From: Vezdaea acicularis
Taxonomy: Eukaryota
Reading direction: 5' to 3'
Length of the DNA stretch: 50,616 bases
Assembly: GCA_026025075.1 (NCBI GenBank)
Contig: JAPEUI010000055.1
Span: 62,001-112,616 of the forward strand
Shown here: in pieces, positions 11,926-24,157 of the stretch
Numbering within the stretch: the first letter of the stretch is position 1
Layout of the letters: each line of letters begins with the position of its first letter
The notes under the pieces: generated by a model
What the model saw: the letters and a program-made list of their open reading frames with translations, nothing else
Database searches by the model: none
Told to the model about the DNA's origin: nothing
Made by a program: the position numbers and the translations under genes

Positions 11926-13199
11926 ATGACGGAAGAAAAACCTCTCCCGTTTATCTACCAATTTGCAGCGGGTAAGCGGACCATATTTATTGGTGTCATC
12001 ATACGCTGATAGGGCTTAGGGGCTGTTGCGGGAGTGTCAGAGGTGAAATGTCACCCAATGCTGCTTCGAGCTCGCACTCTCTAACAACATGCTACTTCCT
12101 TAGATCTTAGTAATGTAAAGGTTCTCTCTAAGTCCATTTATGATGATCAGAGAACTAAATCAGTACGCAGGTACCCTCTTGACGTTGTAAAGACACGAGT
12201 GTAAGCCTCTTTTACGGGAGGACGCCCTTCGTAGTTGCTCATTTTCGATTTCAGACAGCTGCAACAAGGCAAAGGGAGCGGCCAAGATGCTTATAACGGC
12301 ATGGTGGACTGTTTCCGCAAGATAATCAAGAATGAAGGGTACTTTTTCAGAAAAGATATATATTTGGATAGCTCACTGACCAGTTGCGTTGACAGTTTCT
12401 CACGGCTATATCGAGGCATCTCAGCACCAATTCTCATGGAGGCTCCAAAACGGTAAGATCTCTACCCTGCATCAGATATGGCTTAGCTTCTATATACGAT
12501 TCTGCTTTAGTAAAGCGCATGTTACTGAGATTCCATTACCCCTTTAGAGCCACCAAATTTGCCGCCAACGACGAATGGGGCAAATTTTATCGCAACCTCT
12601 TTAACATTCCAAAAATGAACCAACAACTCTCTATTCTCACTGGTGCATCCGCCGGTGCTACTGAAGCCGTTGTGGTTGTCCCATTCGAGCTCATCAAGAT
12701 CCGCCTCCAAGATCGTGCATCTGCTGGAAAATACAATGGAATGATTGATGCGGTTGTGAAGACCGTAAAGGCTGAAGGGCCGCTTGCATTGTACAACGGA
12801 CTTGAGAGTACTATGTGGCGTCACATGCTGTGGAATGCGGGATATTTTGGATGCATCTTCCAGGTCCGCTCGTTGATGCCAGCTGCAAATGGGAAGTCCC
12901 AGCAAATCCGGAATGACTTGATATCTGGCGCTACGGGCGGTACAGTCGGGACCATTCTGAATACGCCCATGGATGTGGTGAAATCAAGGATCCAAAATTC
13001 CCCTAAAATTGCAGGGTCGGTACCGAAGTATAATTGGGCGTGGCCTGCGTTAGGAACAGTAATGAAGGAGGAAGGATTCTCAGCCTTATACAAAGGCTTC
13101 TTGCCAAAAGTGTTGCGACTAGGCCCAGGTGGCGGAATTCTATTAGTAGTATTCACGGGTATGATGGATTTCTTCCGTAGTATGAGAGGAGAGGTATGA
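11926..13199 (+). CDS. ODC1: Mitochondrial 2-oxodicarboxylate carrier (SLC25A21/Odc1-Odc2), with several short 5' exons
   Basis: Spliced: MTEEKPLPFIYQFAAG|AVAGVSE|ILVM|YPLDVVKTRV|QLQ...SRLYRGISAPILMEAPKR|ATKFAANDEWG... It has three PX[DE]XX[KR] carrier motifs and an 11-nt micro-exon at 12104-12114. Confidence 0.95.
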
Positions 13200-13388
13200 C
13201 CATGGCTTCATCCAATTAGCCCTCTGTATATAGCGCCACCCTGTATGCCAGTATTACTAGAAGGATTCAGCATCATCTGCATATACCCTAAGGGAGAAGC
13301 CGAGCGGGGGATATGCAATCCCAAGCTTACGGAAAAGATTCAGCAACAGGTTGTTTTTTACATCGATTTCTGTTCTATTAAATTAGGT

Positions 13389-14923
13389 TTAAAGGAGCTC
13401 CCATAGGTAGATCTTGTCCTCCAGCCTTTGCCCCAGTGCCTTCACGGTTAACATGGTATAAGATCTACCAAATGGGCAGGAAGGTTCAGGGAAAGGAGAG
13501 ACATGGAGACAGAACCAAGTATGGGATATGCTTGACGACCGAGCGCCCAACCTGTCATCCTAATGTTAGCATTTGCCAAACGGTCAGAGAGGCGAATTCT
13601 AGAGATAGCATGAGGTTATAGAAACTGGTTACCCACAGAGAAGACAACCAGAGATTTGTCACCCACTGCGCCGGCAAAAGTCCTTGCCAACGTACTCGTA
13701 TGACGCCTGTGGGCTCCGCGTTGTTGAAATCAGGAACCTCATATCGACTCAAGAAAGGGTCAATAGAGTCTTCATGCGAGACCCGAGGAGAGTCAAGAGA
13801 TAATAAGGCAAGCCATTCAAGTAAAGCTTGTGCTTCATCCACCCATTCTTTGTCTTCGGCTTGAGACATTGGAGGAACCAATGCTCCCTTCATCATGGCA
13901 ATCCGCGGTACGACCGCGCACGGGACTGCATGCTGCAAATCAAGGGGACTCTTTACAGAAGGCTCTGAGAATGTCAGCATCATCTGGTATTGAAGCTTCA
14001 ACACCCCTCATTGTTTGTGTGGAGTACTACGTACCCTGCACATCAAGATCATGAAAGAGCCAGATCAGGGACTGGTGAAGCACGTTGCGGAACGCCCACA
14101 GAACTCTTTCGAACCCTTTCTTGCCATGAACCATTGCAGATGATCTGAAGTCTATCTCGACCACTATACGCTCTTGTTAGCCCCATATGGATCCCAGTTA
14201 GGGTGAAACGTAAGAAAAGTCATTGATCGAGAGCCGAGTGCGGCAAGAGCTGCTTGCATGGTCCCAGGTCACTCACACCACCTCGCTTTAGCACGCCTTT
14301 CTCTTGTTGATCCTTCTGGCTTTCCCACAAGACCCATACGCTCATAAGTGGTGTTGTCAAGGGATATTCGGAGTAGACCTGCTCTCTCTGTAAATCGATA
14401 GCTTAACCGGGACGTTTCAGTTAGGCTAAGCTACCATTGTGGAATGCAAAAGTATTATCGATGCCTGCACGGCCCTCGGAAAGCATCAGAATATTTCCTG
14501 TATCATCCCATGATTAGCGCCCCCTATAAACATGCCAACGTTCACGTAAAACAGACATCATGGCAATCCGTTCTATCCATACCCTTCTTAATGTATCTTT
14601 TAAAGAACTGAAGTTCGAGTAGCTGTTCGGGCTTGAGCACAACCCTTAGATAATGAGTATCGCCGAATTTGGCAAATACAGGGGACGATATAGCATGGTA
14701 TAGCTCTAAGGGTAGGATTAACTCGGCCTGCATTATTGAGATTAGCCCCTGCATAGAATGGATTAATATTTTTAAGTACCGTGTGATTCATGGCATAGGA
14801 ACCCATTGTCGAGAATGGAAACTTTTTGGAAGGGTATCTCTGACTATCGATGAAGTCCGGAATCGTTCCAAAGGTAGTGTAGCATTTGGAGGTCGATTCA
14901 TCGTTTCCTTCTAAACCGAACAT
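13389..14923 (-). CDS. RPP40: Ribonuclease P/MRP subunit Rpp40-like protein (multi-exon)
   Basis: Spliced pieces AELILPLE, MLSEGRAGIDNTF, YERMGLVGKP, VEIDFRSSAMVHGKKGFERVLWAFRNVL and LLEWLALLSLDSPRVSHEDSIDPFLSRYEVP match the fungal Rpp40 pattern. Confidence 0.8.
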
Positions 14924-15436
14924 ACTACCAAGAACACGTACAAGGTTCCCCAACTTCCTGTTGAAGAGCACGCTTGCAAGCCAACAGTCATCAGGATGAA
15001 GGTTATGTATGACTGAAGGTTGACATAACTTCATTGATTTGCCGACCACGGCGACCTGCCAATAGAAGGCCGCTTGTGTTGACTCTCTCAATTCGTCACA
15101 AGGATCAATGAGATATGTCCAAGCAATAAATAAGGTCGAATCAACCACGATTTTCGCTGGCATTCATACCATTTGGTATTACGAAATGTCAACGCAACCA
15201 TTTGCGATCTTAGGTTCTCAGAAAACAGTAGTCTTCTGTCTTACCATCCCTTTTCTATTAGGTATAGCTCCACGTTACGGGACCCCAAGAAGGCGCATCA
15301 TCACTCAAAAAGATCTCCTTATTTCCAATACTACATCTTCTCTTTGACGAGGTTGAGATTCAAGGACCTCTTGGACGGGACTTTCTGTTAGAAACAAACG
15401 AGTTCCTTTGCGCTAAGTCTTCTTCACTCAAGCGTA

Positions 15437-16864
15437 ATGGAATATCTCCTTCGCTTCGTGCAAGTTCACGAATCATTTCGGAAGCCAGAGATATTAGCCC
15501 TTGCAACCTTACTGAGGGTTGAGATCGATTTTCTTGAATATTCCGATTCTGTGCGTCTTCAATCACGTTTAGTTAATCTTATTGTCCACACCCTAACAAG
15601 AGACTCTCGCAGTCACCATACTGTCTAGTACGTCTCAGAGATGAAGAAGCAGCATGCAGTTTAGTAGGCCGAAGCATTCTTTGCAAAGGGATTTACGAAT
15701 TGTGGGCCTGCGCGATGTCGTACGAGGAACTCCATGCTAAAGTCAAGGATCATGCCTCGGCCAGGTTGTCACCCTACACTCATGACTCCTTCAAATTTGA
15801 AGTCGATACTTTCCAAGGAAAGAGGTCTTTGTCCGAACAGGACCAAATCATCAAGTCTTTTCAATACTTGGGCTTGCAAGGACCTATCAAGATGAAAGAT
15901 TATAAGCAAAAGTTCTGCATTTTTGAGGAGTACGACCTTGGTGCAAAAATGCCAAAGCTGCTTCATTTTGGACGCTTCGTTGCCAGCAGTGATCGCAACT
16001 CTGCTGTTCGATATAGTTTGAAAAGACGAAAGTACATTAGTACAACATCGATGGATTCTGAGCTCGCACTCATTAGTGCGAATATCACGCTTGCTGCACC
16101 TCAAAAATTGTTCTATGATCCCTTTGTTGGCACTGGTAGCTTCACTGTTGCGTGCGCACATTTTGGGGCGTTCACTCTGGGCTCTGATATAGACGGAAGG
16201 AGCATTAGGGGGTTAAGCTTGGATAGGAACATAGTAACTAACTTTTCCCAGTACAACCTAGCAGACAAGCTACTTGATAATTTTGTAGCCGACTTGACCC
16301 ACTCTCCGCTTCGCCACGCTCGCTGGATCGACGGCATCATTTGTGATCCACCTTACGGAGTTCGAGAAGGGTTGAAAGTGCTGGGCACCCGTAGTGGCAG
16401 CTTTACGGAGCCAGTTTTCATTGATGGTAAAGCAGCTTATCTCAGGGATGGCTACATCCCTCCGAAAAAGCCTTACAGCTTTCTAGCTATGCTAGATGAC
16501 ATCTTGGACTTCGGCGCAAACCATCTTGTCGACAATGGAAGACTCTCGTTTTGGATGCCAACTGCCAATGACGAGCTCCAAGAACTCGAAATCCCGAAGC
16601 ATAACGCACTCGAGTTAGTCAGCGTTTGCGTGCAGACCTTCAACAAATGGTCGAGACGACTCTTGACTTATCGTCGACTCGCCGACTCGCTGGTTCCTGA
16701 CGGTGCTACTGGAAGGGACCGAGGCAGGCTGGAGGGTTCGAAAGCCAATGACCTTAATTCATTTAGGAGAATGGTTTTTATCCTTATCAATTGACAGATT
16801 ATGAAGATAGATTTAACTGACTGGAAAATAGTACTTCGATGGGTTCAAAGCTGTGGAGCGTTAA
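15437..16864 (+). CDS. TRM11: tRNA (guanine-10-N2)-methyltransferase catalytic subunit
   Basis: MEYLLRFVQVHESFRKPE, YSLKRRKYISTTSMDSELAL, SAM motif YDPFVGTGS, GSDIDGR, IICDPPYGVREG, FNKWSRRLLTY. Introns near 15551-15611 and 16774-16831. Confidence 0.95.
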
Positions 16865-17027
16865 GCCTTCAGCCATGTCCATTTTCTCAGGCGAACTCCA
16901 TTTCATATTGGAGGGAGTTAGATCACATGTGTTCTAATAGGTTTTACATTTACATCATAATTTTAAGGGGTTTAAATCTTGCGAACTGACTCTGGTCTTC
17001 CCCATGAATATCTGTATGAAAACCGGC

Positions 17028-19403
17028 CTAATTTGATGCCCCATACTCCTTGTCGCAATCCACTTCATTCAGAAGCTTGCCGTCACTATCCGCGTTAAAC
17101 ACCAATTGCAATTCCTCTCCACCGTTATCAACCTCCCTTACCTTCGCCTTTTGAGCCATTGTCTTGAACCGTCTTATCCCGGTGCAAGTGTTTCCCAACG
17201 CGTTAGGGGCCGGCTTAGAATTCAGGGCTAGGGCAAGTAACTCAGTCGACGTGTCCCAACAAATTGACGTGCGAGATTTCCAGAAATATAACACAAGAAT
17301 ATGAGTCATAGCGATGAGAAGATATAATGAGAGAACTGCGATAGCACCATATTCAGTGATCGTCTCTGCGTGAAAAGCATACCCCTGGACTCGAGCGCGC
17401 ATGCGAAGTTCAGTGAAGGGAACCCCTGGGATTGAAGGTCTCCGGAAAGCATTACCGCCATGCATAAACTGAAGAGGGCTATCCGGAACATTGTCGTACA
17501 ATGCGCTAGTATTGCCTATTTCTTGGTTGACCCACCCAACACGGGATATCGCGTCCGCCGTCGTGATGGAAAGCATATATTCTAAGTATGGTGTATAGTA
17601 ATTTGGATTCTGTAGGTTTGAGTTGTCGTTCAACTGGCCTGCATTGAGAATATTCTCAAGCGTTGTGAGCTGGGGAGAGCCATCGTCACGTACGTTTTGC
17701 TCATCTATTTTTGGTGAGACAGTCTGTAGCCAGTCCGAGCTAGCGCCGATCGATCTCCAGTTGCCCTCTGTATCTGGGGAGAACCATTGCTCCGGGACAT
17801 TTTGAGCAGTTGGCGGATCAGATTCAATGAAAAAGGCTTTCATTGTGCTGCTGATAGCACCCTCAAAATAATCCCAGTCAGCCCAATTCATGCCCTGAAA
17901 CCATCGTGCATCAATGGCACAGCCTGCTCCTATCCTTGCAGTACCGTTATTCAACGCAGGCCCAAAGAATGCGAGCCCTGATGTGACCCATCCATACTGT
18001 CGGGGTAGTATGACCCATTCCGTTCGTACGGAAGAGTCATTCTGAATACTATAAGTTCCATTTTCTTTTCCAAATGATACCCACATGTTCTTAAAAACAT
18101 CAGTGAAATTTAGAATTTCGATAGGTCCGTCGAGTGGGATAGCATTGAAACCCGCTGCGCCAGGAGCCCAAGGTCCAACTTGTGGCATCACTGGAAAGGC
18201 CATCGATGAGTCATTCTGATGGTACATTTTAAAAGGACTACAGGCCGTGCGGACAGCTGGTAACTGAACGTCGACGTAACCCACTCCTGGACCGTCGATA
18301 TAGCGCCAATACTGCCCTCCAGCTTGGGATTTAGCCATGTTGTAACCGTCGCCAACGATTCCAGATACGGCTGCTGTGGCAGCGTGGATGTCAACGGCCC
18401 AAGTATCGCGCTGAGTACCGCCATATCGAATGGCACCATGAATGTTCTTTCGAATACCAGTATCTTGAGTGAGCATGGAGAAACCTCCATTAGGTCTACC
18501 CTGGCTTGGAGGCTGCAGAGCCATAATATGATTTAGAATAGCAGGGTATCCTCCACTCATACACCTATGATTGTTATTACTCATAACTCCTGTCGTGCAT
18601 TCGGGCCCACCAGTATGCGCTTGAGTAAGGTTTGAAGGCCACAGGTCGTCTTCAGAGCCCTGAAGATAGAAAGATGTACCACCAGCCCACCACCACTTCG
18701 TTGATGGGATCATCAACACGGCGCTAGCAGGGCCAACTAGAACCAAAACAATGACGAAGACAATTAATAGAGCGATAAGCTTTTGTTTGAACAATTGCCG
18801 AAATGGGCGACTCTCAACGGAACCCCACAGCTCGGAGGACCATAGAAAGTGAAGCTGAGTGATATGATAACCCGAACTAAGTAATCCTAACGGTATGCCA
18901 TCTCCGAAGCATAGCTTGTATTGGATGATATGAGAAACTATAGAAGCAAGGCTACCGGTAACAAGTAATTCCTAAAGTTGTGTATTATAGAGTAAGTGTT
19001 TGCGAATATTTCGTCAGGATAAGTGGACATAACCTACCTGAATCTTGGCAGCTACCTGGAGAGCTGCTAGCTTAGTCCTGTTGGTCCCGAATTTCCCATC
19101 AAGGGTTTGACCTATGTACCAACCCTTGAGGTTGTAGGCAATGAGTACAATGGAGACTCCGACTGGCATAAGGTGTACCCAAGAGCGAGCCATGGCAATC
19201 CATCTTGACGAAGCGAAGGCGACTTTCTTTGGTTCGGGTTTTTGACCCCTTGAAAGTTTTGCGGCGGTTGGAAGAACGATTTGGAGCCCAATAGCCTGGA
19301 CTGAGGCAGTTGCCGTGCTTTGACATAAGGATAGACGAGAACGACGGGAAACAGTAGAGATGCGATGGACGGAAGAGCTCTTAATATCACAAGGGTGCGA
19401 CAT
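17028..19403 (-). CDS. Uncharacterised fungal multi-pass membrane protein with a large luminal/extracellular domain
   Basis: Two exons joined by a GTAGGT..TTTAG intron (~18971-19037). N-terminal hydrophobic segments (HLMPVGVSIVLIAY, LIALLIVFVIVLVLVGPASAVLMIP), a Cys/Trp/N-glycosite-rich middle and a C-terminal TM (YGAIAVLSLYLLIAMTHILV). The start codon is uncertain. Confidence 0.8.
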
Positions 19404-20174
19404 GATGCCTTCGAGGCATCAGTAAATGTAGCGTCAGAATATAGAAGAGGACAGAAATGTACTAAAGCAATACCAAAACAAGTTGCGCGTAAGACCAAAT
19501 GCTACCCTCAGGAGCTATCGAGCCCGGGGCATTAAACGGATTATAACATGGTTCGTACTCTATGTCAGTCTTGCGCATTGCCTAGGCACCATAAGCGCCG
19601 AGGCCCCCGAAAATGGGTTGTCTTCCTGCAGGACTGCCTGTTAAAACCCCAAGTTGGCGCCTAGCGAGGTTACGCCCAATCAATGGAAGTTCAACCCCAT
19701 ATATCTGCAGTACAATCGAATCAGCTTCGCTTTTGAACCGCTTGCCAATAATGCGAGAGCGGAAAGCGCGAGAAAATAATCACAGACGCCAATTCGGCGA
19801 GAAAATCCTTACGAACGGGAGGCGCTCTCATTCCGATCGATGGCTGTGCCATCAAGCGATAGCACGAATCGTTTCTCCAGCTTTCGGGAGAACGGCCGTG
19901 CCCCAATAATGGCTTCATCAGTAGAGTACATAGAAAAATCTACAGGAGTCTGTCTCCTTGTAACGCGCCTTGCGAGCGCCTATAAAAAGAGGCCTTGTGA
20001 CCAAGAATATTCAGGAGGTTTTCGTGTCTCGATTTTTGATCGACGACCTTTTCCGAATACAAAAGATGGCGTTCGTTACCTGTAAGTTTGCTCATCAAGG
20101 GATCTATGCCTAGTAAGCTTTACTAGTACCCATTTTCGGGTTAGACTTTCTAGCTGTAAATCAAGCATATGCTA

Positions 20175-20420
20175 CAGTGGGGGGTCGTAAGTGTTGTACT
20201 GTACAGTACATTCGCGGAATCGTGCGTCCCGGATTAATCATGCCCTAAGCACGGCGACCAACGAATCCATTCGTAAGAAACCTAGCTCACAGATTACCTG
20301 CGGAGGTCTTCAATATATCGATTGAACACATGCCTCATCGAGTGCAGGCAGTTCTTGATTCCTGGGTGTTTTACCATAGTAGCTGTCTCGTAAATGTACA
20401 ACACTTACGACCCCCCACTG
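20175..20420 (+). mobile_element. 246-bp non-autonomous Tc1/mariner (impala/mimp-like) element
   Basis: Perfect 25-bp TIRs CAGTGGGGGGTCGTAAGTGTTGTAC (20175-20199, and reverse complement at 20396-20420), TA on the left flank and TG on the right. Internal relic RLPAEVFNISIEHMPHRVQAVLDS (20291-20362) resembles the Tc1 transposase C-terminus. Confidence 0.9.
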
Positions 20421-20422
20421 TG

Positions 20423-21216
20423 TCTTCATTCGGATGATTTGGCTTGAGGTCCATCAGTCCCATTTCCACTTAAGGAGACAAAAACGTCTATAAATTCCTC
20501 CGAAGTCTCAGTCATCTTGTGCGAATCAGAGCTAACGATGATGGCTTAAATTGATCCCTTTGCTCCCTCAAAAGCATAAAACCGTACCGGTTGGGTCGCG
20601 TGCCATGACGATGACGGTGCCCCCTTTTTGAGCCAAGTCTTCTGCCAAGGCCCTAGTCATATGTTTTATAGAACCCTTGGTGGAATTATCAAGGAGAAAA
20701 TTTCGAATGATATCAGAAGCATAGCATAGAGAAGTAGACACCGGGTGATGCGAGATCCAGGGCTTCATGAGGCGTTGCTTTCTTTGGAGATGATCTTTTC
20801 GGTATTCAACTTGAAATGCCAAAGCTTTAAGCAATTGAGCCGGACCTGAACCAAGACAGTAGACTTTTTGACAGGTGATTTGTAGTCAACTCGGGATCAT
20901 GTTCCGAAGTATTCCGTAAATCTTCCGCCGACAAACCCTCAGCATTTGGGATCAACATGTCGATTCTTCCAGGTTGATCTAATATAGTTTACCTTTCTCT
21001 TAAGTTCAACAAGACTGCTGGCGTCGGCCTTTATCGCAACTGTATGATCATCGCCGGTCTGCTCCACGGCGTCATTCGCAGCTTTTGCATCTGAAGACTA
21101 ATTGATGACAACTTTGGCCCTTATTCCTGAGGCGTAGAGCGATTATTTGTCAATAAGCCTTATAGCCACTTGGAATTAGGGTGATCTTCACTGCAAGCTC
21201 ATCGGAGGACATCATG
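20423..21216 (-). pseudogene. Decayed short-chain dehydrogenase/reductase (FabG-like) pseudogene
   Basis: Collinear fragments: MMSSDELAVKITLIPSGYK (eroded TGxxxGIG), frameshift, AKVVIN*SSDAKAANDAVE, VAIKADAS, LLDNSTKGSIKHMTRALAEDLAQKGGTVIVMARDPTGT (YxxxK Tyr replaced by Asp) and SQIIRMK. It contains stops and frameshifts. Confidence 0.8.
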
Positions 21217-22334
21217 TGCCAATTTATTTCGCAATGGAGACGATCCCCTTCGATTTCTTGTGTAGTTGCGCTATGGGCCGTAGATGTGTGCTCTGTAGAG
21301 GGACACTCCTGGCAAACAAGGCCTGTTGATACGTAATGCGCCATCGAACCTGCACTTGTCTCTTACACCTTCCCATTGGCATTTGGGATGGGCAGGTTGA
21401 TTGCGTAGGTTGGCCCACATGTGAGTGCGCTAGCATTCCGTCCATAGCGAGGAGTATTCTCAGCCGTTTTTGGACGAATGGTATAGTGTCCATCAGAAGA
21501 TGCGGTCATTGACCGATAGGCGCTACGTATTAATTGCCTGGTCCAGCCGAACGCAAATTGCACAAACTTCAAGTGTTGACGCAACGTAAGGTCATGTCCT
21601 ACCTCTGCCTCCTTAGTCCGTGTTGCTTAGTCCATTTTCTTTGGTCAAGTTTGTCGACAATTCCCGTTTCGCTCTCAGCTTGCCGCAGCAACCAGTCAAT
21701 CAATCGCCTCTAGACTGGGATACCACAGTCCAAGGCTTGCTGAAAGTTGAGTTCGGCGAATAAAAAAGTAAACGTTTGCTTGACGTCGTTAACGTCAGCT
21801 TTAGCTAGTAGCGCGCTTCAAATTGCAGGAGTGTAGATAGCCCTTCTATGACTTTTTCATGTTGTCTGCTAAGGTTGACAAGGCCATATTATTTGATATT
21901 CGTCCCCCAATTTACATCAAAACCCGTGATTACAGCGGCTAATTGTGAAGAATGTAGCAGGGGAAAAGAGCCTAGAGAATGAGTTTAACTCGTAAATATG
22001 ATAATCCAAGCATCCATGTCTTTAAACGCGTAAGCGTTGTTACTGTCGATTCTGTTCGTTTCACATGTCAATGACGTGGTTCCTGTATGTACTCCGCGAG
22101 GGGAAGGTCGCCGCACTGCTCAGCAATTGTGTAATATTTGGTATCTTTGAGGTTACTAGATCTGATACCTGACGTAGCTACTGCTCAAGAGAAGACTGCA
22201 TCTCTTTCAGTGTGTACACTTTGCTCATCATATCTCGTATTCGACGACGAAGGATCTCGCGCTTTACGTGCGCTAATCGAAATATGTTAGCATATTTCTG
22301 CAGAATCATCTGCGAGCGTGGTAAAGAACTTACT

Positions 22335-23285
22335 CTATTTTGACTTGAACAGATTACCAAATCCTCTTAAGTTCGGCTTAGGCTGTCGAGGTTCCCGTGC
22401 TGTTGTTTCCACTACCCTCTCTATTTCAAGCTTCATTGAAACGTTGCTTGATTGCTCTGGTGTAGAGGTTGAAATAGGCTTTGATTCATGCCATAGGTCA
22501 TGAATTTCCCTGTTCCTACGAATATCACTATTTGTACCACCTGTCTCGTAGCCATGCTGATGTTCTTCTTGGTCAAACGAGATCGGATTCGCTCGAACGC
22601 CTCTACCACGTCCTCGCACTCTAACATCCCTAATGACGGTTGACTTATTCAGCTGTGGAATTCTGTCCGCGGTGGTAGACCCCGAAGTTGATCCAGGACT
22701 AGGCGAAGTGGAAGCAGAGCCAAATAGCCTCTCTCGGACTTCTTCGTATCTTCGCTGTTTCTCCTCTCGTTCTCGTTGCGACTTCAGTCTCATTTCTTCC
22801 GGCGATAGAGTGTTGGTCTGCAACCCCTCATCATCCTCGTCACGAAAGTCTTCCACTGTAAGTTGAGACTCTCCTGTGAGAGGATCGCTGCGTGATATCA
22901 CCTTAGGTGTTGGTTTTCTGCTGAGCACCTTAACGGCGGGTTTAAAATCAGACTTAAGAGGCACTTCTTCTCGTGCCGCAAGAAAGTGAAATGAGTCTGT
23001 CTGTTCCCTATAGGAGAATCATTTAGCCGAATCTTGAGATTGAAGGACAGAAAAGCGTACGCAGACTCCCACAGCTTCCTGTTTGCTTCTGCGTGTTGTG
23101 CAAGCCTCTCAGCTTTGCTGAGACTGGGAGGAACGACTGTATCCTTTCCTCCTTCATCTGATCGAAGTTGTCTCTGTCAATTGAATGAGTCACAGATTTC
23201 TATTAGATATTGTAGCGCGACCTACATCGGCCTGCGCCTCCCAGTCGTCATCCCACGCATTCGGAACGGTTTCTTTCTTGCTCAT
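22335..23285 (-). CDS. SUZ-domain (putative RNA-binding) protein, 3 exons
   Basis: MSKKETVPNAWDDDWEAQAD|...SKAERLAQHAEANRKLWESA|...FKPAVKVLSRKP...REREEKQRRYEEVRERLFGS, which includes the SUZ signature. Confidence 0.82.
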
Positions 23286-23590
23286 AGTAATCTACTACGA
23301 ATTGGTTTTTTACGTGACTATGTAGTAGCTAGATTATTAGACCTAAAGTTATTTTCTCACCTTCGAAGGGTGCGTGATGTTGATAGGGTTAGAGGCTCCG
23401 AGTGGCTTTCAGACGGATACCGAGGTTAGGTTGCGTAAGGCTGAACTCTGTTCGCCAGAATCTGCCCTTGGACCCCGCGCTAAAATTTCCTTTCGTCCTC
23501 CGCTAGCGATTAGCTCAGAATCTCAATGAAATCTCAGGACATAAAGCACATCACGTTGTGCAATAAAGTCACTTGCATATTTCGAAAGCA

Positions 23591-24157
23591 ATGCTGAGCT
23601 TACCTAATGGTCTGCTACATAGATTCTCTATTCTTTATGATTATGGGGGGCGCATGGATGGCGTGCCGATTTGTGTGCTAACATACGCGGATTGTAGATG
23701 ATGTGGACCAGCACATGCATTCTTCCTCAGATGCCGAGAAGAGCGATGATGGATTTGTTGTGGGCAATGACCCAATGACACCTACACCTTCACAAAGCAT
23801 GCGACCCCTCACAGATATATCCCCTCCCCAAACTCAACAAGATCTTGCACAAGCTCGGCGGGAGAAAGAGAATAGTGTCAATCATGACTTGAAAGAGAGT
23901 CACAAGAACGGGAAAGGCGCCAAACGATCCGATGAAGATGACTTGAAGTCACCGCAGAAGAAGACTGAATATAAGCCAGGGGATACATGGATGAACAAAA
24001 AAGCACAAGAAGAATACGCAAAGGCCATGGAGAACGTTCTGGACAAAGGATGGCATATGAGTTAGTCCTCCTGTGTAGTCTCCAAGTTGGACCCAAAACT
24101 TATCACGACACAGGAGATTTTGGAGACCCTCTGCAGGATAATGGTAAAGCTACATAG
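23591..24157 (+). CDS. Small hypothetical fungal protein (5' exon uncertain)
   Basis: Main exon 23699-24060 ending WMNKKAQEEYAKAMENVLDKGWHM, intron 24061-24113 (GTTAGT..CAG), last exon RDFGDPLQDNGKAT*. Confidence 0.65.

Noticed and set aside
19676..19990. Four CCAAT words and a TATAAAAA upstream of the membrane protein gene
   Set aside because: Short common motifs with no independent support, and the TATA orientation does not match the gene.
22178..22360. 60-aa helical-looking ORF downstream of the SUZ gene
   Set aside because: Non-ATG start, no convincing splice link to the SUZ gene and no recognisable motif.
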